From Candidatus Doudnabacteria bacterium RIFCSPHIGHO2_02_FULL_43_13b (GTDB lineage Bacteria > Patescibacteriota > Doudnabacteria > UBA920 > O2-02-FULL-48-8): a stretch of DNA of 64,000 nt. Positions 1-6,548 of this stretch are shown here, in pieces (the stretch's first letter is position 1; each line of letters opens with the position of its first letter). The position numbers and the translations under genes are program-made. The stretch covers positions 68,322-132,321 of the forward strand of contig MFER01000013.1 of assembly GCA_001777655.1 (NCBI GenBank), given 5' to 3'. The notes below the pieces were generated by a model that was not told where the DNA came from, made no database searches, and saw only the letters and a program-made list of their open reading frames with translations.

Positions 1-125
1 GGTGAAACACTCGGTGCCATTCTACTACCCTCCTTTCTGAGTAGAGTTTGGGTTTAAATAATAATTCTCTTTTTATTCCCTGTCAATGCTACAATTCCTA
101 TAGATAACTATTAGATCCCACTTTA

Positions 126-1616
126 ATGTTTCACGGTGAAACATATAAAACTATCAGAAATCTTAAGATTCACGAGGTTTTGTTCTACGTATTTCTGTTG
201 TTTTTGCCACTCCAGACCCGGATTCTCTATAATCCAACCTCGGCGTATATCCAAGATTACTTCAATTACCACTTGGCGTTTTTTGTCTATCTGACTGATC
301 TAATTCTAATCACATGTTTTATTAGTTGGTTCTTGTTTCCAACTAACGCATCTGCGAGCGAAGCGAAGCAGTCTATTTTAAGTTTTAGATTGCTTCGTCG
401 GTCAAATGGCCTCCTCGCAAATGCGAACAACCGATTTTTTTGGCTAATTTTAGCCTTTTTTCTAGTAATTTTAATAGGAATGTTCCCCGTGAAACATCTA
501 GATTTTGGCTTATATCAGGCATTTAAGTGGTTAGAGCTCTGGCTCCTAGTGATTTATATCTGGCAAACGTTTCACAAAAGGTTTCACTTCATAGTTTCAT
601 GTGCAACAATCTTCGTTTCTGGCCTGGGACAGGCCTTTCTAGGTCTATGGCAGTTCCACGTGCAACATGGGCTGGGACTGGGCTGGTTGGGCGAATATAT
701 CGCGCCAATAGGCACCTCTGGCCTGGCGACTATCAATGTGGCTGGGGAGAAACTAATCCGCGCCTATGGAACCATGCCGCATCCCAATGTTTTCGGGGCA
801 TTCCTAGTTTTTGGCTTATTTATGGGCTTTTTCTTGGTTTCACATGGAACCTCAAAAGAAACCCATCCCCGCGAAAGCGGGGATCTAAATAAAGCTTTAT
901 CAAGATCCCCGATTACTTATTTAATACTTGCCTCGGGGATGGTTATCGTTACCCTTGGAATCTTTGTGTCATTCTCTAGGTTAGCCTGGATAGCGGCGGC
1001 AATAGGGTTTTTCGGGTTTGGCCTCTATTATTTACTCAAAAAGGCTTGGAAACCCCTAATTTTATTAGGGTTTATAGCGATTGTTTCAGGTGGAACAATC
1101 CTGTTCTTCTTTGGGAACGACTTCAGTGCCCGAGTTTTTGATGCCAATCAAACGGCTTTAGTGGATCGCTGGTTTTTCGACGACCTCGGGTTAAAAATGA
1201 TGGCCCAACACCCACTGTTAGGAGTAGGAGTAGGCAATTATGTTCCGGCGTTACAGGCCGGGGTGTCGTTAGCCTCCTGGCAATACCAACCGGCTCATAA
1301 TATTTTTATCTTCTTGGGAGCAGAACTGGGCATCATTGGCCTGATAATTTTTCTCGGGCTGGTATGGGAAATTTGCCGGCGCCTAAAAAATATTTTTTCT
1401 GATCCATTACTATTTACTATTTACTCATTACTAATTACTATCCTGCTCATGGGACAGTTCGACCATTATTTTGTTACAATTCAACAGGGGAGACTGATGT
1501 TTTTTACTATCCTTGGATTATTAGCGGCGCTGCCCAATCTTTACGATCAACGGCGCGTCATTCCGGACCACGATCCGGAATCCAGATCTCTAGATTCTGA
1601 ATCAAGTTCAGAATGA
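126..1616 (+). CDS. O-antigen ligase / Wzy-like polytopic membrane protein; true start may be internal
   Basis: Many TM segments and a FSRLAWIAAAIGFFG motif typical of Wzy_C/O-antigen ligase. The ORF carries two in-frame palindromic repeat elements (351..428 and 863..942). Confidence 0.6.
   Translation: MFHGETYKTIRNLKIHEVLFYVFLLFLPLQTRILYNPTSAYIQDYFNYHLAFFVYLTDLILITCFISWFLFPTNASASEAKQSILSFRLLRRSNGLLANANNRFFWLILAFFLVILIGMFPVKHLDFGLYQAFKWLELWLLVIYIWQTFHKRFHFIVSCATIFVSGLGQAFLGLWQFHVQHGLGLGWLGEYIAPIGTSGLATINVAGEKLIRAYGTMPHPNVFGAFLVFGLFMGFFLVSHGTSKETHPRESGDLNKALSRSPITYLILASGMVIVTLGIFVSFSRLAWIAAAIGFFGFGLYYLLKKAWKPLILLGFIAIVSGGTILFFFGNDFSARVFDANQTALVDRWFFDDLGLKMMAQHPLLGVGVGNYVPALQAGVSLASWQYQPAHNIFIFLGAELGIIGLIIFLGLVWEICRRLKNIFSDPLLFTIYSLLITILLMGQFDHYFVTIQQGRLMFFTILGLLAALPNLYDQRRVIPDHDPESRSLDSESSSE
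351..428. repeat. Palindromic repeat family 1 copy (GCGAGCGAAGCGAAGCA...TTGCTTCGTCG...CCTCGCAAATGCG), in frame inside the Wzy-like CDS
   Basis: Nested inverted repeats. The same arms recur at 18445..18521, 26308..26372 and 61926..62002, with short relatives at 9386..9417 and 49090..49107. Confidence 0.7.
863..942. repeat. Palindromic repeat family 2 copy (CCATCCCCG..CGGGGATCTAAATAAAGC..AAGATCCCCG..CGGGGATGG), in frame inside the Wzy-like CDS
   Basis: A near-identical composite element lies at 44917..45011; both share the exact 17-mer GGGGATCTAAATAAAGC. Confidence 0.7.
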
Positions 1617-1623
1617 CAAGCTT

Positions 1624-2892
1624 ATGATGAAATCATTTATTAAACAATTTATTCCCGAAAGTTGGTTGAACTTCTATCACTTAAGTTTGGCGCGCTTGAG
1701 TAATTTTATTTTTAGGTATCCTTCAGAAAAATTAATTGTCATCGGGGTAACTGGCACCAACGGCAAATCAACTACAGTCAATTTGATTGCCAAAATTTTA
1801 TCCGGCTTCGTCGGGGATGAACGCAAGGTTGTAATATCATCAACAGTAAATTTTAGTGACGGCAGCAAAGAATGGTTGAATGATAAAAAAATGACCATGC
1901 CGGGAAGATTTTTTTTGCAAAAACTTTTAAACCAAGGGGTAAAAGCTGGCTGTAAATTCGCCGTCATCGAGTGTTCGTCTGAAGGGATTCTCCAACATCG
2001 TCAAGCGGGAATCTATTTCGACGTCATGGTTTTTACCAATTTAACCGCAGAGCACCTGCAAGCTCATGGGGGATTTGAAAATTATAAACAAGCTAAACTG
2101 ATTTATTTTCGACATCTAGAAAAACTGCCGCACAAAGTTATCGAAGGCAAAAAAATTCCGAAAATAATCATTGTCAACACAGATGACCCGCATGCACAAG
2201 AATTTTTGAATTGCAATGTCGATAAAAAAATTATGTATAGCAAAAACGCTGCTCAAAATATCCAAATTTCAGAAAGAGGCATTTCTTTCCAGTATCAAAA
2301 TACGCAATTTAGGCTTAATTTAAAGGGGATTTTTGATATTTATAACGCCTTAGCCGCGATTGCCACTACTGCGGCCTTGGGTGTTGGTCTAAACATTAGT
2401 AAACAAGCATTAGAAAAAATTTCTAACATCCCCGGCCGAATGGAATTAATTAATACGGGCCAAAGCTTTAAAGTATTGGTGGATTATGCACCCGAACCAG
2501 AAAGCTTAAAGCAAATGTATGCATCGATCAAAAGTTGGGATAAAAATAAAATTATTCATGTGCTCGGGTCAACTGGCGGTGGGCGCGATGTCGCCCGCCG
2601 AAAAATTTTGGGAGAAATCGCAGCGGCTAATGCGGATACGGTGATCATCACGAACGAAGATCCGTATGATGATGACCCCCAGCAAATTATCGATGATGTC
2701 GCCGTGGGTGTCCCACAAGCCTTAAAAATTCTCGATCGCCGAGAAGCGATTGCCAAAGCCTTATCGCTAGCGCAAAAAAACGATTTAGTCATTATCACCG
2801 GCAAAGGTGCTGAGCAAAAAATGGCAGTGCGCGGCGGCTATATTGACTGGGACGATCGGAAGGTTGTTCGAGAAGAGTTGTCGCGGTTGTAA
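1624..2892 (+). CDS. Mur ligase family protein (MurE/MurF-like UDP-N-acetylmuramoyl-peptide ligase)
   Basis: P-loop VIGVTGTNGKSTT typical of Mur ligases; central and C-terminal Mur ligase domains. Confidence 0.65.
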   Translation: MMKSFIKQFIPESWLNFYHLSLARLSNFIFRYPSEKLIVIGVTGTNGKSTTVNLIAKILSGFVGDERKVVISSTVNFSDGSKEWLNDKKMTMPGRFFLQKLLNQGVKAGCKFAVIECSSEGILQHRQAGIYFDVMVFTNLTAEHLQAHGGFENYKQAKLIYFRHLEKLPHKVIEGKKIPKIIIVNTDDPHAQEFLNCNVDKKIMYSKNAAQNIQISERGISFQYQNTQFRLNLKGIFDIYNALAAIATTAALGVGLNISKQALEKISNIPGRMELINTGQSFKVLVDYAPEPESLKQMYASIKSWDKNKIIHVLGSTGGGRDVARRKILGEIAAANADTVIITNEDPYDDDPQQIIDDVAVGVPQALKILDRREAIAKALSLAQKNDLVIITGKGAEQKMAVRGGYIDWDDRKVVREELSRL

Positions 2893-2921
2893 AAAAGACA
2901 GTTTATCTTTATAATCAATCT

Positions 2922-3086
2922 ATGCAAAGTCAAAATAATCAAGACGACTATCGGCAAGTCCGACACGATTTAATTTTTGTCCTCACGATGAATGCGATAT
3001 TTTTCGCCATCCTCATCGGTCTCTACTTTGTGAATCGCGCGACTGGGCAAATCGATAGTTTCTTTGTGAATTTGTTGAAATTTTAA
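2922..3086 (+). CDS. Possible small hydrophobic peptide (54 aa); not in the ORF track
   Basis: ATG..TAA ORF translating MQSQNNQDDYRQVRHDLIFVLTMNAIFFAILIGLYFVNRATGQIDSFFVNLLKF with one predicted TM helix. Confidence 0.2.
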   Translation: MQSQNNQDDYRQVRHDLIFVLTMNAIFFAILIGLYFVNRATGQIDSFFVNLLKF

Positions 3087-3166
3087 GGGCTCGTAGTAAA
3101 GTGGTATTATCCGCCTACACTGAAGTTTCGGCGGACAGGCACGCATTTGTCCCGCACCAATTTCGA
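3086..3166 (+). ncRNA. tRNA-like sequence directly upstream of tRNA-Ala; possible degenerate or duplicated tRNA
   Basis: Starts GGGCTCGTAGTAAAGTGGTATTATCCGCC, closely resembling the 5' half of the adjacent tRNA-Ala, but no clean cloverleaf could be folded by eye. Confidence 0.25.
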
Positions 3167-3240
3167 GGGCTTATGGTCTAGTGGTATGACGCCACATTCG
3201 CATTGTGGAAGCGCCAGTTCGATTCTGGCTAAGTCCACCA
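3167..3240 (+). tRNA. tRNA-Ala (anticodon CGC)
   Basis: Acceptor stem GGGCTTA/TAAGTCC with the G3:U70 Ala identity pair; anticodon stem CCACA/TGTGG with loop TTCGCAT; T-loop GTTCGATTC; discriminator A plus encoded CCA. Confidence 0.85.
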
Positions 3241-3251
3241 GAGAGGAAATC

Positions 3252-3707
3252 ATGAATCTTACTTACATCAATAGTATATTATCAGGGACATTACTACTGC
3301 TAGTGATCTGGCAAACCGTCCGACTGATCAAATTGGATCGCATTAGAAAAGAGTTTTTCTCCTCTGGATTAAAGAAAAATTTAGAGCAAATTTTAGTTGA
3401 CCAAAATCGGAGTCTAACCCAAATCAGCCAGGATTTACGGCACCTCGACGAAAACTTAACCAGGTTATACAAAGACAATCGGCATAATCTGCAAAAAGTC
3501 GGGTTTATCCGCTTTAATCCGTTCGACGATGCCGGAGGAAACATCAGTTTCGCTCTCGCCTTGCTGGATGGTGATGATAACGGAGCGGTAATTTCTTCCC
3601 TGCATGGACGCGAAGGAACGCGAATGTATGCGAAAGCAATTAAGGGCGGAGTTTCCGAATCTAAACTTACCGAAGAAGAGACGCAGGCTATTAAGGACGC
3701 TAAATAA
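3252..3707 (+). CDS. DUF4446-like membrane-anchored protein
   Basis: Start moved to MNLTYINS because the upstream part of the ORF overlaps tRNA-Ala; N-terminal TM helix. Confidence 0.5.
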   Translation: MNLTYINSILSGTLLLLVIWQTVRLIKLDRIRKEFFSSGLKKNLEQILVDQNRSLTQISQDLRHLDENLTRLYKDNRHNLQKVGFIRFNPFDDAGGNISFALALLDGDDNGAVISSLHGREGTRMYAKAIKGGVSESKLTEEETQAIKDAK

Positions 3708-3803
3708 ATTTTAAATGATTTATTTTTAATTTTGATTCAATTTCTAATATTTTAATATTAAAAATTCACTCGAAATTCAAAACTGAAAATTAAAAATTAT
3801 ATT

Positions 3804-4163
3804 ATGGCAAAACCAGAAACTAATCCAGAAACAATTGTCGCCGCTGGGATGCGGATCGAGGGGGAGCTTAAAAGCTCAGGCAATATCCGAATCGACGGCA
3901 TCGTCTCTGGTAAAATTCATACCTCACAAGATTTGATGGTCGGCCCAAATGCCCAAATCGACGCTGATTTGATTGCTGACAATGCTGTAATTGCTGGCGT
4001 GGTGAAAGGCAACATCACGGCGAAAGGATCAGTACTAATTTTAGAAACCGCCAAAATACTTGGCAACATCAGCTGTTTAAGTCTAGGGATTAAAGAAGGG
4101 GCATATTTCTCTGGCGCTTGTCGCATGAACGAGCCGAAGCCTACCGCAACCAATGGACAATAA
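3804..4163 (+). CDS. Bactofilin family cytoskeletal protein
   Basis: Beta-helical repeats IEGELKSSGNIRIDGIVSGKI..ADNAVIAGVVKGNITAKG characteristic of bactofilin (DUF583). Confidence 0.7.
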   Translation: MAKPETNPETIVAAGMRIEGELKSSGNIRIDGIVSGKIHTSQDLMVGPNAQIDADLIADNAVIAGVVKGNITAKGSVLILETAKILGNISCLSLGIKEGAYFSGACRMNEPKPTATNGQ

Positions 4164-4990
4164 TGTATTACTACATCGTCGATCCGGGAAAAATTTCACA
4201 GCGAGATTTCGAACGAGTCCAGAATCAGCTGTACTCGTCTGTTTCTGAATACAAAATTGCTGGTGAAATAGCGAGGGTTACCACGCTGCGCACCATTCCT
4301 CAGCTGGTCGAAGGAGCGTTGACCCGAGGGTATAAAACTATTGTGGCCGTGGGTGGTGACGATACTCTACACGATTTAATCAATGCCGTAGCCGGTCGGG
4401 AAGTGGGGATAGGATTCATCCCAATAATTGCATCTGAAGTTGGACAGATTTTGGGACTTGGCGATATTCCACATTCTGCTAAAACCATAGCCATTCGTCG
4501 AATCGAAGAGATGGATTTAATCTACATTAATCACAACGCGATTATCACATCAGTGGCGTTCGGCGCAGGCATGCAGGCTTACTCCTCGATATTTGAATTG
4601 TGGCGTTTGCCAACTTTTCAGATCGATTTTTCGGCTGACAACAATGAGTTTCGAGGAACAACTCAAGCAATTGGCGGGGTCGTCATTAACAGCCGCCTGA
4701 AAAAACCTGACAACCAAAAACTTTTTAATCCCACCGATGGAATATTGGATGTATTATTATTGCCGAAGCTTTCCAAGTTCCAAACCTTGAAGTTTCGAAT
4801 AGATATTTTAAAAGGAAACTTCGAAAAAATCCCGGGCAGCAGCATCATCCACGTCCGGCAACTGCAGATTTCTGCTCCTGAAGGCCTGCCGCTGCGGGTT
4901 AGTAATAAAATTATCACCCGCACGCCAGCAACGATCGAAGTCAAACCAAAGGCACTCAAAATCATCGTCGGAAAAGAGCGGAAATTTTAA
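4163..4990 (+). CDS. Lipid/diacylglycerol kinase catalytic-domain protein (YegS/DagK-like)
   Basis: TIVAVGGDDTLHDLINAV matches the DAGK_cat GGDGT motif; its start ATG overlaps the bactofilin stop (TAATG). Confidence 0.6.
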   Translation: MYYYIVDPGKISQRDFERVQNQLYSSVSEYKIAGEIARVTTLRTIPQLVEGALTRGYKTIVAVGGDDTLHDLINAVAGREVGIGFIPIIASEVGQILGLGDIPHSAKTIAIRRIEEMDLIYINHNAIITSVAFGAGMQAYSSIFELWRLPTFQIDFSADNNEFRGTTQAIGGVVINSRLKKPDNQKLFNPTDGILDVLLLPKLSKFQTLKFRIDILKGNFEKIPGSSIIHVRQLQISAPEGLPLRVSNKIITRTPATIEVKPKALKIIVGKERKF

Positions 4991-4998
4991 ATACTAAA

Positions 4999-5031
4999 GA
5001 AAAAATTCCATCATCAGATGGGATTTTTTCT
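4999..5031 (+). terminator. Rho-independent terminator
   Basis: AAAAAATTCCATCATCAGATGGGATTTTTTC hairpin followed by a T-tract. Confidence 0.6.
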
Positions 5032-5033
5032 TC

Positions 5034-5107
5034 TGGAGCGGGTAGCGGGAATCGAACCCGCGTCATTTGATTGGCAACCAAATGTTCTACCATTGAACCA
5101 TACCCGC
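5034..5107 (-). tRNA. tRNA-Gly (anticodon GCC)
   Basis: The reverse complement folds as GCGGGTA..TTGCCAA..GGGTTCGATTCCCGC..TACCCGC-T-CCA. Confidence 0.85.
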
Positions 5108-5118
5108 TCAAATATTTT

Positions 5119-5403
5119 TGGTGCCGCAGGTCAGAATCGAACTGACTACGCTCGCCTCTTCCAAAGGCTACTTGGACTATATCATCATCCTTTATAAAAA
5201 GGAGTTGGGCGCTGGTGCAGGGTTATTGTTGGGACTCACCTGCTAGTCTCTACACCTTACAGGAAACCTTCAGCCCTTCCTGCCTTGGCTCGGGATTGTC
5301 TTTTGCAAGAGTTCCCCCGAATTCACCCAATTTTTCTCAAGAACCATTACTGGTTCTGGCCCCAAAGATTTAGGGCGACGCTCTACCAATGAGCTACTGC
5401 GGC
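5119..5403 (-). tRNA. tRNA-Phe (anticodon GAA inferred) interrupted by a group I intron between U33 and G34
   Basis: 5' exon GCCGCAGTAGCTCATTGGTAGAGCGTCGCCCT; 3' exon GAAGAGGCGAGCGTAGTCAGTTCGATTCTGACCTGCGGCACCA. The spliced product is a canonical 75-nt cloverleaf with A73. Confidence 0.7.
5162..5371 (-). ncRNA. Group I intron (IC3-like, tRNA-intron type), about 210 nt
   Basis: P1 pairs exon CCCU with the guide sequence GGGG (U-G at the splice site). P10 pairs UCUUU with the 3' exon GAAGA. The intron ends in G. Core motifs CAAUCCCGAGCCAAG, GGUGUAGAGACUAGC and GAUAUAGUCCAAG match cyanobacterial tRNA-Leu introns. Confidence 0.7.
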
Positions 5404-5427
5404 GTGAAGTATATTATACATTATTTC

Positions 5428-5504
5428 TGGTGGACGCTAAAGGATTCGAACCTTTGACCTTCGCAGTGTAAATGCGACGCTCTAACCAGCTGAGCTAAGC
5501 GTCC
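5428..5504 (-). tRNA. tRNA-Val (anticodon TAC)
   Basis: GGACGCTTAGCTCAGCTGGTTAGAGCGTCGCATTTACACTGCGAAGGTCAAAGGTTCGAATCCTTTAGCGTCCACCA. Confidence 0.85.
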
Positions 5505-5508
5505 TAAT

Positions 5509-5594
5509 TGGTGGGGACGGAGAGATTTGAACTCTCACGCCTTGCGGCATACGCACCTCGAGCGTACGTGTATACCAAGTTCCACCACGTCCCC
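5509..5594 (-). tRNA. tRNA-Leu (anticodon GAG), class II with long variable arm
   Basis: GGGGACG..TACGC-TCGAGGT-GCGTA..variable arm GCCGCAAGGCGT..GAGAGTTCAAATCTCTC..CGTCCCC-A-CCA. Position 33 appears to be C. Confidence 0.7.
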
Positions 5595-5702
5595 AAAAAT
5601 CCCTCAAAGTATAAGTTAGATTGAACCATAGGTCAATTGTAGCATGAATTGCAGACTACTCCGACGTTTCAGTCGGAGTCCCGACCGCTATGCGTTCGGG
5701 AT

Positions 5703-5730
5703 TGACAAATCTGCGTTTTTGTGCTAACAT
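5703..5730 (+). promoter_or_regulatory. Sigma70-like promoter (TTGACA, 16-nt spacer, TAACAT) driving the GC-rich ORF
   Basis: TTGACAAATCTGCGTTTTTGTGCTAACAT, followed by a roughly 140-nt leader holding the long hairpin GCGCTGCTT..AAGCAGCGC and the RBS TAGGAGGAAGTAATG. Confidence 0.5.
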
Positions 5731-5879
5731 ATTTAGTTTGATAGTACTTTTATATCGACTTGCGGAATGGCGCTGCTTGTGCAGTTCTAAAATTTAGGAC
5801 TTTATAAGCAGCGCTGTTCCGAACTCAATCGGAAAGCTCTGACCAGCTCCGATAAGGGGCACCTTCTTAGGAGGAAGTA

Positions 5880-6491
5880 ATGGAATTGCCAAATCGCGTG
5901 CTCGTGAAATTTCGAATCAATCTCACCCGGGCCGCCGAACTGCGTGCCGCTGGACTCTACGAAGTCAAGCGCAGCATCGTGCAAGACCAGGCACTGCGGG
6001 GCAGGCAGGCCATCGAAGCGGAGGCTCTCGGTCGCGACCCATACCGCGGGCAGCGAACGGACGCCACTGGCACTGTCCGCCCGGACAGCGGCACGCCCAT
6101 GTTCACCTGGGACCCCAAGGGTCGGGTGAACGTGTGCCTGGCGACAACGATCGAGGATCTCCAGACGATTCTGGGCATGGTGTTGACGCAAGTCAACACG
6201 CTACAGAAACCGAACGATCACATGGCTTTCCTCGTTCTCAAGTTGGAGAACGCGGGATCGCCGGTGAATCTGTCGGCCAAGCAGCAGGCCCTCATCGACC
6301 GGCTCACAAGCCGGATCTACGGTCACCTGCATGGGTACAGAAACCCAGACAGATCGTGGACGCTCAACGCGGCCCACGCCGAGGACAACCCGTCCGAGAT
6401 CCGCGACGTACGGTTTTCCACAGACGGCTCAGTTCGCTGCGTCCCACGCCAGCAACACCCATCACACCACCAGCCGCCACCCCGCGGCTGA
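5880..6491 (+). CDS. Hypothetical protein (203 aa) encoded by a GC-rich, apparently foreign cassette
   Basis: GC about 62 % with strong G/C third-codon bias, against about 40 % in the flanks. It has its own promoter, an AGGAGG RBS and a downstream terminator hairpin; no recognisable domain. Confidence 0.55.
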   Translation: MELPNRVLVKFRINLTRAAELRAAGLYEVKRSIVQDQALRGRQAIEAEALGRDPYRGQRTDATGTVRPDSGTPMFTWDPKGRVNVCLATTIEDLQTILGMVLTQVNTLQKPNDHMAFLVLKLENAGSPVNLSAKQQALIDRLTSRIYGHLHGYRNPDRSWTLNAAHAEDNPSEIRDVRFSTDGSVRCVPRQQHPSHHQPPPRG

Positions 6492-6500
6492 AGAGACCCA

Positions 6501-6548
6501 AAGACTTAGATCGCAACGATTTAAGTCTTCTTCTTTTTGCTGAAATTT
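6501..6548. terminator. Bidirectional terminator hairpin AAGACTTAGATCGCAACGATTTAAGTCTT plus T-tract
   Basis: Perfect 8-bp stem followed by CTTCTTTTTG; lies between the GC-rich ORF and the convergent truD. Confidence 0.55.

Noticed and set aside
527-892. 121-aa ORF in an alternative frame inside the Wzy-like gene
   Set aside because: It is fully nested in a longer membrane-protein ORF and overlaps the palindromic repeat, so it is a frame artefact.
5119-5403. Assignment of the intron-containing tRNA as tRNA-Leu(UAA), the usual host of IC3 introns
   Set aside because: The exons have a short (5-nt) variable loop and the P1/P10-defined splice sites give anticodon GAA, so Phe is the consistent reading.
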